A stretch of DNA of 64,000 nucleotides from a bacterium (GTDB lineage Bacteria; UBA8248). Both the position numbers and the translations under genes were made by a program. Every line of letters begins with the position of its first letter. Within the stretch, counting starts at the first letter, position 1. The stretch is taken from assembly GCA_965204535.1 (NCBI GenBank), contig CBDBEV010000001.1:1600001-1664000 (forward strand), written 5' to 3'. The notes under the pieces were generated by a model. It saw only the letters and a program-made list of their open reading frames with translations, made no database searches and was not told where the DNA came from. Positions 18,705 to 28,695 of the stretch are shown piece after piece.

Positions 18705-19889
18705 ATGGCAAAAGCAGCAAAAGCCGTCCGCAAGGAACCGTGGTTCGCGTATTTTCCCGATGACTACCGCTGGTCCGCCGGCGTGGGCATCGCCTATTCC
18801 ACATCCTATTGGGGTTCGTCCACGATGGGCGAGGTCGACAGGGTCTGCCGCAAGCTGAAGGGCAAGATAGGCGACGACGACGCCTGGTTCGCCGAATGGG
18901 TGAGCGAGGCCGACAGGATGCGCGCCTTGGGGCTCGCCGCCGCGCGGAAAAAGAACGACCTCTCCGCCGCCGCCTTCTTCAAGCGCGCGTGTTTCTACTA
19001 TCAGCTCGGCGAGCGTTTCCGCACACCCAAGGACAAGGCGGCGAACGCCGCGTACCGCAAATCGCTGGACAGCTTCAAGCGCTTCGCCGCGCTCACGGAC
19101 GCTCCGCGCATCGAGCACGTGGAGATCCCCTTCGAGGGCAAAAAGACGCTGCCGGGCGTCCTCATTCACGCGCAGAACACGAGAAAGAGAAAACCGCCCG
19201 TGGTGGTTTCTTTCGACGGTTTCGACGTTTCGAAGGAGATTCAATACATCCTGGGCGCGGAAGACCTCGTGCGCCGGGGGATGAGCGTGCTCGCCGTGGA
19301 CGCGCCCGGAAACGGGGAAGCCATCCGCTTCAGGAAGCTCTACCTGCGCCACGATCATGAAACCGCGGGCGCCGCGGCCCTCGATTATCTCGAATCCAGA
19401 AACGACGTGGACGCCAAGCGCGCCGGCGTCATGGCGATCAGCCTGGGCGGCTACTACGCGCCCCGAAACGCGAGCATGGAGCACCGCTTCAAGGCGTGCG
19501 TGGCCTGGGGGGCGATCTGGGACTACCAGCGGGTGTGGCGCGACAGAATCGCCGCCGCCTACAAGACGGCCCTCTCGGTTCCCGGACATCACCTGGAGTG
19601 GATTTTCAACCTCGACTCCACCGAGGAGTGCTTAGATGTCCTCGCGGACTTCAAGCTCGAGGGCGTGGTGCAGAACATGCGCTGCCCGTTCCTGCTGATT
19701 CACGGGGAAGGCGACCAGCAGATCCCCCTCGCAGACGCGAAAAGGCTCTTCAACGCCTCGGGCTCCAAAGACAAGACGCTCCGAATCGTCAAGGGGACCG
19801 AAACGGGCGCCCAGCACTGCCAGATGGACAACGTGCCCCCCTACGCGCACGAGATTTTCGACTGGCTGAAGCTGAAGCTGGGCGCCTAG
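18705..19889 (+). CDS. Alpha/beta hydrolase, DHPONH/FrsA-like (paralog 2)
   Basis: Colinear with 15844..17019; AISLGGYYAPR, QHCQ. Confidence 0.8.
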   Translation: MAKAAKAVRKEPWFAYFPDDYRWSAGVGIAYSTSYWGSSTMGEVDRVCRKLKGKIGDDDAWFAEWVSEADRMRALGLAAARKKNDLSAAAFFKRACFYYQLGERFRTPKDKAANAAYRKSLDSFKRFAALTDAPRIEHVEIPFEGKKTLPGVLIHAQNTRKRKPPVVVSFDGFDVSKEIQYILGAEDLVRRGMSVLAVDAPGNGEAIRFRKLYLRHDHETAGAAALDYLESRNDVDAKRAGVMAISLGGYYAPRNASMEHRFKACVAWGAIWDYQRVWRDRIAAAYKTALSVPGHHLEWIFNLDSTEECLDVLADFKLEGVVQNMRCPFLLIHGEGDQQIPLADAKRLFNASGSKDKTLRIVKGTETGAQHCQMDNVPPYAHEIFDWLKLKLGA

Positions 19890-20142
19890 CGGGACCGGAC
19901 GCATACTTTCCTTCACAGCCCGCTGCGGCGTCCCGACTCTCTCGCGGGAGGATCGGGACGCCGCAGTGAACGCTTTTCCGCCGGGCGCTCTTCATGGACG
20001 AGCCGTGCGTTCGCGGAACCGGCGAAACGCCGGTTGACCTGAGCGGCGCTTATCGTCATTACAATGAATGCACGGGCGTGCGCCCAGCCGGAAGCGGCCT
20101 GAGCCGACAGAAAAACATATCGAACAAGGGGGCGGAGCCGAC

Positions 20143-20928
20143 ATGAGCTATGAAAACGTACGCACCGAGATGGACGGTGAGTTGCTGATCGTCACGCTGC
20201 ACCGGCCCGAGAAGCGAAACGCCATGACCCACCAGATGCGGGTCGACCTGCTCGACTGCGCCCGCCGCGCCGAGACCGACGACGCCGTGAAGGCCATCGT
20301 CTTCACCGGACATGGAGAGAAGTCGTTTTCCGCCGGCGCCAACATCCCCGAACTCGAACAGCGCACGCTGGTGTCCGAGATGGGCCCCTCGGCGACGCTG
20401 CGCAAGGAGTTGCCGACCGCCATCGAGCGCCTCGGCAAGCCGACCGTGGCCGCGATCAACGGCTATTGCTTCGGCGCAGGTCTTGAATTCTCGATGGGCT
20501 GCACGATCCGCATCGCGAGCGAAAACGCCCTGCTCGGGCTGCCGGAGATCAACTTCGGCCAGATCCCCGGCAGCGGCGGCACGCAGCGCCTCTACCGGTT
20601 CGTGGGGCTGGGCTGGGCCATGCAGATGATCCTGACGGGGCAGCGCGTCAACGCCGAGACCGCGCGCGAAATCGGCCTCGTCACCGAAGTCCTGCCGCTG
20701 GCCGACCTCATGCCCCGCGCGAAGGAGCTGGCGCGCCTGCTCGGGGCGCAGGCCCCCATGGCGTTCGTCGCCGGGCGCGACGCCGTCCTGCGCTCCACGG
20801 AAACCGAGCTTCTGGCGGGCATCGACTTTGAGCGAAAACTCTACGCCATCTGCATGGCGACCGAGGACAGCCGCGAGGCGCTGAAGGCCTACGCCGAAAA
20901 GCGCGCGCCCGAGTACAAGGGCCGCTGA
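20143..20928 (+). CDS. Enoyl-CoA hydratase/isomerase
   Basis: RPEKRNAM, FSAGANI, AAINGYCFGAGLE, LPE..FGQIPGSGGTQRL. Confidence 0.9.
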   Translation: MSYENVRTEMDGELLIVTLHRPEKRNAMTHQMRVDLLDCARRAETDDAVKAIVFTGHGEKSFSAGANIPELEQRTLVSEMGPSATLRKELPTAIERLGKPTVAAINGYCFGAGLEFSMGCTIRIASENALLGLPEINFGQIPGSGGTQRLYRFVGLGWAMQMILTGQRVNAETAREIGLVTEVLPLADLMPRAKELARLLGAQAPMAFVAGRDAVLRSTETELLAGIDFERKLYAICMATEDSREALKAYAEKRAPEYKGR

Positions 20929-20942
20929 TTCCGGGATCGCGC

Positions 20943-22556
20943 ATGAAACCTTCTCTTCTGGACCAGGATAAAATCGAGTCCTATCTCGCCGCAGGCTACT
21001 GGACGCGCGAGACGATAGTGGAGCGATACGCCGCCTATGCGCGTGATTACCCCGGGAAAATCGCCTGCCGCGATTCGCAAGAGGAGATCACCTGGCGGGG
21101 GCTGGATGAACTCACCGACCGCATCGCCGCGAACCTGATCGCGCGGGGAATCGAGCGCGACGCCCGCGCCCTGGTGCAGATGGCGTCCTCGAACCGCGAG
21201 ATTGTCTTGCGCATCGCGTTCAAGAAAGCGGGAATCATCGGCTGTTTCGCCCCCATGCAGTGGCGAATCAAGGAACTGGGCTACGCCTTTCGGGAACTCA
21301 AGCCTTCCGTCATCTTCGCCTCGCCTAAACCTGGGGATGATGGAGTAGAAACTTGGCTGGACGAGACGGCAGGCGGAGCCGCACAGGCGCTTCTCGTCGA
21401 TCTCTCAGGAGTTTCTCCCGAGGGTTGGCTGCCCTGGGCCGGGCTGACCAGGCCGCCTGAGAACGCGGGAGCGATGGAGGAAATCGCCGCCCGGGCTTTC
21501 CGCTTCGATGAGATTTCCATGATCACGGTCTCGAGCGGCTCCAGCGGCTTTTCGAAGCTTTGCGAATGGCCCGAAGGGGCGCAGATGTGTCTCGCCCGCG
21601 CAAACGGCGCGCGATTGTCTATCGGCGAGGAGGACAACATCGGCGTTTTCGCGCCGATGGCGGGGGGCGCGGGGCTGCTGGTCTGGGTGACGTCGGGGAT
21701 GACGCCGTGCGCCTTCACGTTCCCCGAATCCTATAACGCGCGCGCGTTGCTCTCGCTCATCGAGAGCGCCGGGATCACCGTGGCGACGACCGTGCCCGTC
21801 ATCCTGAACCGCCTGGCACAGGAAGATTTAGGCGCCTTCGATCTGCGTTCGCTGCGCGCCATACGGGTCGGCACGGCGGCGGCGGATTTGGACGCGGCGC
21901 GCCATGTGGAAAGCCTCACCGATTGCCGCGTCGTGGTCGCGGCGGGCAGCATGGAAACCCCCGGCTTCGCGCACGCGGATTTCAACGATCCCGCCGCGCT
22001 CAGGCTGAACGGCAGCGTCGGTTTGCCGCACCGGGGATGCCGCTGGCGAATCGAGGATGAGGACGGAAACGCGCTGCCCCGGGGGAGCGTCGGCCACTTC
22101 AAGCTCTCGGCCCCTTACGCGTCTTCGGGCTACTGGAAGGACCCGGAAGGCACGAGAGCGGTCTGGTCGGATGGCTGGAACGCGACCGGCGACATCGCGG
22201 CCATCGACGAGGACGGCCGCTTGCGGCTTCTGGGCCGCAGCAAGGAGGTCATCAACCGCAGCGGCCAGAAGATACTGCCGGTCGAGGTCGAGCGTGAGAT
22301 CGCCAAACACCCCGACGTCTTCGAGTGCGCCGTCGTCGCAGCGCCCGACCCCGAATACGGCGAGGCGCCCTGGGCGTTCGTACAGCCCCACGAGGGCAGG
22401 AGCCTCGACCCGGAAGTTCTGGCCGAGGCGCTCAGAACGAGCGGACTCGCCACCTACAAGATACCGACGCGGTTCATCGAACTCGGCGAATTCCCCCGCG
22501 TCGCGAGCGACAAGATCGACAAGAAGGCGCTGCTGCAAATGGCGCCCGCGGAATAG
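20943..22556 (+). CDS. AMP-dependent acyl-CoA ligase (ANL superfamily)
   Basis: SSGSSGFSK P-loop, GSME, TGD, GRSKEVINRSG, DPEYGE, KIDKKAL. Confidence 0.88.
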   Translation: MKPSLLDQDKIESYLAAGYWTRETIVERYAAYARDYPGKIACRDSQEEITWRGLDELTDRIAANLIARGIERDARALVQMASSNREIVLRIAFKKAGIIGCFAPMQWRIKELGYAFRELKPSVIFASPKPGDDGVETWLDETAGGAAQALLVDLSGVSPEGWLPWAGLTRPPENAGAMEEIAARAFRFDEISMITVSSGSSGFSKLCEWPEGAQMCLARANGARLSIGEEDNIGVFAPMAGGAGLLVWVTSGMTPCAFTFPESYNARALLSLIESAGITVATTVPVILNRLAQEDLGAFDLRSLRAIRVGTAAADLDAARHVESLTDCRVVVAAGSMETPGFAHADFNDPAALRLNGSVGLPHRGCRWRIEDEDGNALPRGSVGHFKLSAPYASSGYWKDPEGTRAVWSDGWNATGDIAAIDEDGRLRLLGRSKEVINRSGQKILPVEVEREIAKHPDVFECAVVAAPDPEYGEAPWAFVQPHEGRSLDPEVLAEALRTSGLATYKIPTRFIELGEFPRVASDKIDKKALLQMAPAE

Positions 22557-22586
22557 AAGCAACGCTACCGAAACGATAGGAGAACT

Positions 22587-23390
22587 TTGGCGATGACACA
22601 CGGCGAAGACTTACACGGCGCCAGTTTCGACGGCTTCACGGTCGAGATAGACGCCGAACAACAGCGCGGCGACATCATTCTCGACCGCGGTGAGATGAAC
22701 ACGATCAGCATGGGCCAGCGCGAGGAGCTGCGCGCCGTATTCGAGAACCTGGACCTCGACGAGCGCGTGCGCGTCATCGTGCTGCGCGCCACCGGGCCCA
22801 ACTTCTCCTCGGGCGGGTTCATCCGCGGCTTCATGGAGGCCTCGCCCGAGCACGTCTCGAAACTGGCGGACAACATCGCCGCGCCGACGCGGTGCGAGAA
22901 GCCGACCATCGCCGCCAACCGCGGCTATTGCTTCGGCGTGGGCTTCGAGATCTCTTTAGCCTGTGATTTCCGTATCGCCTCAGAGACGGCGCTCTATGCT
23001 CTCCCCGAGCAGCGCCTGGGGCAGATTCCGGGTTCGGGCGGCTCGGCGCGCCTGCAGAAGATGATCGGCATCACGCGGACGAAGCACATCGTCATGCGCT
23101 CAAAACGCATCGGCGGCAGCCTGGCTTATGATTGGGGGGTCGTCACCGAGGTCGTGCCGGACGATGAGCTCGAAGCGGCCACAGACGCCCTGGTGGCCGA
23201 GCTTTGCGGGTTCGCCCCGCTCGCGCAGCGAACGGCCAAGCGCCTGCTCAACGAAACCGAAGACACCTTCCTGTCCCTGGGCATCCAGCTCGAGGGTCAT
23301 TGCTACTCGCGGCTTCGCCAGTCGGATGATTTCAAAGAAGGCGTGGAGGCTTTCCACGAGAAGCGCAAACCGAACTTCAGGGGGAGTTGA
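22587..23390 (+). CDS. hmfE: Crotonase-family protein, 2-oxoglutaroyl-CoA hydrolase HmfE-like
   Basis: FSSGG.I.GF.EASPEHVS, ANRGYCFGVGFE, ALPEQRLGQIPGSGGSARLQKM.GITRTK, LEGHCYSRLR.SDDF.EGVEAFH match HmfE as recalled. Confidence 0.7.
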   Translation: MAMTHGEDLHGASFDGFTVEIDAEQQRGDIILDRGEMNTISMGQREELRAVFENLDLDERVRVIVLRATGPNFSSGGFIRGFMEASPEHVSKLADNIAAPTRCEKPTIAANRGYCFGVGFEISLACDFRIASETALYALPEQRLGQIPGSGGSARLQKMIGITRTKHIVMRSKRIGGSLAYDWGVVTEVVPDDELEAATDALVAELCGFAPLAQRTAKRLLNETEDTFLSLGIQLEGHCYSRLRQSDDFKEGVEAFHEKRKPNFRGS

Positions 23391-23455
23391 GGGGGTTTCG
23401 GACAACTCTTTTTCGTGAATCTCCCCGGCTTCCAAGTGCGCCGTCTCCCCCCATT

Positions 23456-23662
23456 GGGGCTGTTGAAAAAGCCTTTGTCAAAGGAACAACCCCCCCTACC
23501 CCCCCTTGTCAGGGGGGTATAAAAAGGCGATACGCCCCCGCCGGATTGAGGGGGCTTTGCTTTTTCTTGCCCCCCTGACAAGGGGGGGTAGGGGGGGGTG
23601 CCTTTATGGGGTTTCCCTTTCAGAGGATTGCCATTCCCCTCTCAGGGGGTTTTCCAACAGCT
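23456..23662. mobile_element. MITE with IS1182-type ends carrying repeat family C (23488-23599)
   Basis: GGGGCTGTTGAAAAAGCC ... GGGTTTTCCAACAGC. Confidence 0.7.
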
Positions 23663-23807
23663 CCCATTCAACCGGGCGTTTCGTGCCACGCTAATCGTTT
23701 TGTGGTATATTGCCCGCACATCTCGTACATGAAGTTTCCGGTACGGGCGCCATCCCGAAAGACGGTTGGCCCGCAAGGTTTTCTCAGACCAATGGGGGGA
23801 GATCGTC

Positions 23808-24278
23808 ATGATAGGTCCCATGCACCATTCCAGCAGAACGGTTTCGGACATCGAAAGGTCCATCGCGTTTTACCGCGACACCCTGGGCTTCGAGGTGGTG
23901 GAGGACATCTCCTCCGACGAGGAGGGTATCCAGTACGCCTCGACCACGCCCGAGAGCAAGCTCCGCATCGTCATGCTCCAGGCGGGCGGCGCGGTCGTGG
24001 AGCTCATCCAGTTCCTGAAAGCGGAGGGGAAACCCTACGACAACCCGCCGGCGCTGAACGACGTGGGCAGCAGCCACATCGCCTTCGAGCCCGAAGACAT
24101 GGACGCCGCCTATGAGGAGCTCGTGGCCAAGGGCGTGCGGTTCGCCACCCCGCCCCAGGTGACGTGGCGCGGCCCGGGCCGCTACTGGCGGGCCGCCATT
24201 TTCTACGATCCGGACGGCTTCGATCTGGCGCTGTTCAAAATGTATGAGGGAGAACCCGCCGAGGCCGTCTCCGGCTGA
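23808..24278 (+). CDS. VOC/glyoxalase family protein
   Basis: HHSSRTVSDIERSIAFYRDTLGF, VELIQF, HIAF, FYDPDG. Confidence 0.85.
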   Translation: MIGPMHHSSRTVSDIERSIAFYRDTLGFEVVEDISSDEEGIQYASTTPESKLRIVMLQAGGAVVELIQFLKAEGKPYDNPPALNDVGSSHIAFEPEDMDAAYEELVAKGVRFATPPQVTWRGPGRYWRAAIFYDPDGFDLALFKMYEGEPAEAVSG

Positions 24279-24307
24279 GTCCGAAACCTTATGGAGGGAA
24301 CGACGCC

Positions 24308-25081
24308 ATGATGCTGAGCGACCTGACCTGGATGGAAATCCGCGACCTGATTCCCCAAAACCCCGTCATCATCCAGCCCGTGGGCTCGACCGAGCAGCAC
24401 GGCCCGCACCTGCCGGTTCAGGTGGACATATCGAGCGCGTTCGAGGTCGCGAAAGCCGTCGGCGACCGCACTGGCTGCCTCGTCGCACCGCCGCTTCCCT
24501 ACGGTTACTCCGAAGTCTGGGAGAATTTCCCCGGCACCATCAGCTTCACGGTCGATACATTTATGGCCTGCGTCGCCGAGATCACCGAAAGCCTCGTGCG
24601 CAACGGCTTCAAGCGGATTTTCTTCCTGAACGGCCACAACCCCAACCTGCCCCTGCTCCAGACCATGATGTTCAAGCTCATGGACCGCTACGGCAGGGAC
24701 GGAGACAAGCTCATCGTCGCGGGTAGCTACTTCATGGTGGACAAGGAAACCTGCGACGCCATCGGCGACAACTTCCGCGAGGGCACCCATGCGAACGAGT
24801 TCGAGACGGCCTTCATGATGCACATCCGACCGGACATGGTGCACGTCGACCGCCTGGGCGACTGGGAGTACAAGCCCGAACTCGTGCTCTCCTATATGCA
24901 CGGGGTGACCTCGGTGGTGCGCCTGCCCGACAGCCGGGTGCACAACGGCGTCTACGGCGACCCGCGCAGGGCCACGCCGGAGAAGGGCCGCCAGTACTTC
25001 GAGGCCTGCGTGAACAAGGTGGTCGAGATCGTCGAGAACTTCAACCCGGATTACTTCGGAATCCAGGAAGTCTACACCTAG
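24308..25081 (+). CDS. Creatininase family protein
   Basis: PVGSTEQHGPHLP..D, FPGTIS, NGH, HANEFET, GVYGDP..ATPEKG. Confidence 0.88.
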   Translation: MMLSDLTWMEIRDLIPQNPVIIQPVGSTEQHGPHLPVQVDISSAFEVAKAVGDRTGCLVAPPLPYGYSEVWENFPGTISFTVDTFMACVAEITESLVRNGFKRIFFLNGHNPNLPLLQTMMFKLMDRYGRDGDKLIVAGSYFMVDKETCDAIGDNFREGTHANEFETAFMMHIRPDMVHVDRLGDWEYKPELVLSYMHGVTSVVRLPDSRVHNGVYGDPRRATPEKGRQYFEACVNKVVEIVENFNPDYFGIQEVYT

Positions 25082-25120
25082 GGCCGGGGGCACAAGGCGG
25101 GGGCGGCGATTCGGCTCACC

Positions 25121-25414
25121 TCACGCCGGTTGCGGCTCGTAGCGCTCCACCTCGATTTCATCCTCGCGCTCAAGCGCCCGGGCGATGTCGTACGCCGTCT
25201 GAAGGCGTATCCAGGTCTCCGTCGTGGAGCCGAATGCCTTGGCGAGGCGTATCGCCATCTCCGACGACACCCGCGCCCGCCCGTTCACCAGGTTCGAAAG
25301 CGCCTGGCGGCTGACGCCCAGCACCTTGGCGCCTTCGGTCACGCTCAAGCCAAGCGGCTCCAGACAGGAGACGCGCACGACCTTGCCGGGATGCGGCGGA
25401 TTCTTCATGGGCAT
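25121..25414 (-). CDS. higA: HigA-family addiction module antitoxin (HTH)
   Basis: [42 protein letters not shown]; AGGAGG RBS. Confidence 0.9.
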   Translation of the reverse strand: MPMKNPPHPGKVVRVSCLEPLGLSVTEGAKVLGVSRQALSNLVNGRARVSSEMAIRLAKAFGSTTETWIRLQTAYDIARALEREDEIEVERYEPQPA

Positions 25415-25431
25415 GGTGGGTCCTCCTTCAT

Positions 25432-25449
25432 TCAATGATAGTCGATCTG
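25432..25449 (-). pseudogene. Possible 3' remnant of higB toxin (Q-I-D-Y-H-stop)
   Basis: ATC GAC TAT CAT TGA just before the higA RBS; DYH* is the usual C-terminus of RelE-like HigB killer proteins. Confidence 0.5.
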
Positions 25450-25618
25450 TCAAGCGATACTTGTCAATCGCTCTTTGGAGTCGGAGTATTCTTCACGTAG
25501 GTCTAGGAGAGGCGGGCTTGCTTTACCAAGCCGGAGGGATTCATGTATGTCGTTCTTTGGACCGTTACCTGCAGGCGCGGATTTTCGGGAGACCGCGTGT
25601 TGGTCACGGTAGTGGTCG

Positions 25619-26443
25619 TCAGCCCCGTCCGTGTCTCCTTTTCCAGTCTCGGAAATCTCTGCGGATGTTTTCTGGCAACGAATGGCCGTCTTGCATATCG
25701 TGGCAATCGACGCACAGGGCGCGAAGATTGATAGCGCGGTTGTTGGATTTGTCCCTGTCGATGTGATGAGCGTGGAGAAACTTTCTGGCTTCCTCATCTC
25801 CCAGATAAGTTCCGCATTCCTCGCATTTCCACTGCGCTCTTTCGCGGCAGATTCGTGAAAATTTTTGTTGACGAGGCGAGTATTCATTGATGGGTGCAGT
25901 GACGTCCGTATGTCGGGGTCTTGAGACCTTCGTTTCGTCGTATCTTTCGAAAAATTCTTCTGGAGAAAATTCACTGCATATCCTGTCCCGTTCCTGATAA
26001 TTCTTGTAATTATAACTTTTGTAGTGCAAGTGGCTCAGACACAGTTTACATACGAGCATCTTTACAAGTCTGCCTTCAGGCATTGTTTCATTCCGAATCC
26101 AAAATTGCCCGTCCGTTCGGGTCGATGCAACATAGCGTTTTTCAAATCGCTCCTTGTTTTTCATCTCCTTTATTTTGCCACAATTCACCACATGGAATTT
26201 GTAGTTGCTGAAATACTTAGAATACTGGTCTCGAATATAGACGAGAATCTGTCGGCCTTCGTAGGAGAGAAGGCCATTCGGATCGACGTTGATTTCCACT
26301 GGCGCGATGTCTATTCCTTCCGTTTCCAAGTCGATATCTCGGTTGATTCTCCATGTCGTGCCGGGTTCGTATGCAACCAATTCGTCGATACCCATTTTCT
26401 TCCGGACAGCGCGGAGTTCAGTGAATGAAACCTCGATTTTCAT
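25619..26443 (-). CDS. zorE: Zorya type II HNH nuclease ZorE
   Basis: GLLSYEGRQILVYIRD, FHVVNC...EMK.K.RF, VCKLCL..L.YK, C..CG..L, HAHH....K.NN...NL.ALC.DCH; third gene after zorAB. Confidence 0.85.
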   Translation of the reverse strand: MKIEVSFTELRAVRKKMGIDELVAYEPGTTWRINRDIDLETEGIDIAPVEINVDPNGLLSYEGRQILVYIRDQYSKYFSNYKFHVVNCGKIKEMKNKERFEKRYVASTRTDGQFWIRNETMPEGRLVKMLVCKLCLSHLHYKSYNYKNYQERDRICSEFSPEEFFERYDETKVSRPRHTDVTAPINEYSPRQQKFSRICRERAQWKCEECGTYLGDEEARKFLHAHHIDRDKSNNRAINLRALCVDCHDMQDGHSLPENIRRDFRDWKRRHGRG

Positions 26444-27156
26444 CGTTCGCCTTTCCTTTTAAGTATCTGGACGATTCTTTTCTCCGCGTTCGTCCTCACG
26501 CGAAACTCCACCCTTCTCGATCTCTTTTCGTTTTCGCTGCCGTCTTTCCGCAGCACCGGCTTGCTGGAAGAAAGGCCGTTCGCGGTGAGTCTCTTTTTCA
26601 GCCACTCGAAATCCCGAGACACTTTATCCAAATTCAGTACGTACTCAAGAACGGCCCGTGTTCTTTTTTGGGAGAGTTCCATGTTTTTGAAATATGCGAT
26701 CTTGGAGTTTTCGGGAAAAGGCTTCCATTTTTTGGAAGTATGGCCTTCGATTCGCACTTCCTCAATGTCGGTTTTGTATTTCGGGCCGGTGAGAATTTTT
26801 ACGTATCGGGGAAAGAAGTCGATGAGGATGCTCTTGAAGCTCTCTTTCAAAACGGCCTTGCCCTCATCAAAGAGCACCCTGGGTTCCGTGAATGTGATAG
26901 AGAGTGTTTCGCGGTTGGGCACTGCGGACCATCTCTCCCAGTCGTCTTTGAATTCACGTTCCAGGTCATCATACAGACTGTTCTGCAGGCGATTGTAGGT
27001 GACGGCGATTTCCTCGATACTTTCCTTGTCCACCTGCACCGTCGCCATAAATATGACGGTGAGGAACATGAAGATCATCATGGTCACGGACATGACGTCC
27101 GCGATGGAAATCCACTGACCTTCGTTTTCCTCTTGGAGCGTATCAGTGTTCTCCAT
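26440..27156 (-). CDS. zorB: Zorya ZorB (MotB/OmpA-like)
   Basis: WISIADVM TM with conserved Asp, IEGHTS, NMELSQKR, ANGLSSS, SRRVEF. Confidence 0.88.
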   Translation of the reverse strand: MENTDTLQEENEGQWISIADVMSVTMMIFMFLTVIFMATVQVDKESIEEIAVTYNRLQNSLYDDLEREFKDDWERWSAVPNRETLSITFTEPRVLFDEGKAVLKESFKSILIDFFPRYVKILTGPKYKTDIEEVRIEGHTSKKWKPFPENSKIAYFKNMELSQKRTRAVLEYVLNLDKVSRDFEWLKKRLTANGLSSSKPVLRKDGSENEKRSRRVEFRVRTNAEKRIVQILKRKGER

Positions 27157-28618
27157 GGTCGCCCTGTCTTTCGATAATTTCCAGCACTTTCTTTAACCTG
27201 TCTGCCAATCGTCCATAATCGTCGGCGAATCGATTCGATATGCTCGCCAGCTCGCGGCCGAACTCACCGAAGACTTTCGTGAGTTCCTCTTCGAGTCCTT
27301 TGTCTATTGCTTCCATCCGCGCTGCAGTTTTGCTGGCGCTTTCCTGTGCCAATCGGGCGAGTTCCTGTTCCGCCCTCCTGAATGACTCCGTTATTTGATC
27401 ATGCAACCGGCCAGCTAGGTTCGAGGCAAGGTCTTCCTGTCGCTTTGCGGCATCTGCCACATGAGCACCCATCAGGTCGATATTCTGCCTGGACGATTCT
27501 CCAACTCGTTCAATGGCGCCGGTAGCCGTTTGTTCCAGTTTAGTAAAATTCGCCGTGAGTTCGCTCATCTTATCATCGAACGTGGGAACAAGCTGTTCCG
27601 CTTTTTCGGACATGCCGACGAATACTTCCATGATCTCGGCAAATTTCGTTAGATGTTCTCCCATCTTCTCATTTTGGTCCCGAATAGTGGCCAGAATCGG
27701 GTCGAGTTTTTCGGCGGCCTCGGTGATGACGCCGCTTCGCTCCGATATCTCTGCTACAGAATCCCGCGTTTGCTTGATGGCGGTGACCGTCATCTGGAAC
27801 TGCTCGATCATCGTTTCCATTTGTTCCTTATACTCGCTCAGCCAGTCGACGAGTTTTTCGACCGCCTCGCTGAATCGGTTGAAACTTTCCCCGAGTTGCT
27901 CGTTTATCTTCGCGTTCAAATCCTCAATCAATTTTTCGATAGCCTTGATGAGAGCTTCGCTGTTCGCCTCCGCCATGGTTTCCGCGAAATTCCGGAATTC
28001 CTGGATGAGTTCGTCCTGCTTGTCGACGAAGGTGGTTCGGAATCTCTGTATCTGGGTGAGCACGGAGGTATCGCCCTCGCCCGACACCGAGGCGCGGATG
28101 CTTTCGAGGCTTTCCAGCGTTTGCCTGTGGTTTTCCTTTTCGGCTTCCCCCTGCTCTCGGAGAAGGCTCTCAATATTCCTGGAGGAGGTTGCTGTTTCTT
28201 TGAGGATTTGAAGGATGGGCGGGTCAACCCCTCCCGGGAAGAACACGGAAAGAGTTCTCGTGGCGAGAGTCGCTCCGATACCGACTATGGAAGTCAGAAA
28301 AGCCGTTTTCAGGCCGGCGAGAAGCGGCGGGACGCTTTGTTCTATGTCGTTGGTATCAAAATCCTTCAGGCCGAGAGCGATGCCGATGAACGTTCCCAGG
28401 ATTCCGAGAACGGTGGTCGCTGATTGTGAGAATCTTCGGGTGTTTCTTGTCCAGATAAGGATTACAAAACAAGCGAGTATCACCCCGCAAAAAACTTGCG
28501 TGAGTCGTTCGGGATCGCTCGTGGGAAAAACAACGGGTTGAAAAAGGGCGTACAAAGACGCAAAACAGGGCGCAGATAATCCACAGGTGTTGGGTCCTAT
28601 AGCCTCGTGATATTGCAA
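27143..28618 (-). CDS. zorA: Zorya ZorA (MotA-like TM domain plus long coiled-coil tail); start uncertain
   Basis: LGILGTFIGIALGL..FD..I..SVP.LL.GLKTAF.TSI.G, then about 350 aa helical tail; stop overlaps zorB. Confidence 0.88.
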   Translation of the reverse strand: MQYHEAIGPNTCGLSAPCFASLYALFQPVVFPTSDPERLTQVFCGVILACFVILIWTRNTRRFSQSATTVLGILGTFIGIALGLKDFDTNDIEQSVPPLLAGLKTAFLTSIVGIGATLATRTLSVFFPGGVDPPILQILKETATSSRNIESLLREQGEAEKENHRQTLESLESIRASVSGEGDTSVLTQIQRFRTTFVDKQDELIQEFRNFAETMAEANSEALIKAIEKLIEDLNAKINEQLGESFNRFSEAVEKLVDWLSEYKEQMETMIEQFQMTVTAIKQTRDSVAEISERSGVITEAAEKLDPILATIRDQNEKMGEHLTKFAEIMEVFVGMSEKAEQLVPTFDDKMSELTANFTKLEQTATGAIERVGESSRQNIDLMGAHVADAAKRQEDLASNLAGRLHDQITESFRRAEQELARLAQESASKTAARMEAIDKGLEEELTKVFGEFGRELASISNRFADDYGRLADRLKKVLEIIERQGDHGEH

Positions 28619-28695
28619 ACTGTCGCGCTACGTTAGCACCCGTGCGAGGTTTTGTCGATTTCGTTCAGCTCTCGCGTTTACCTTCCCAGAGAAAC

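Noticed and set aside
25450-25974. 174-aa ORF overlapping the zorE 3' end as a fourth Zorya gene
   Set aside because: Mostly an alternative frame of zorE with no recognisable motif
26440-28618. Flagellar MotAB or TolQR/ExbBD interpretation
   Set aside because: The long ZorA tail and coupled HNH gene fit Zorya type II
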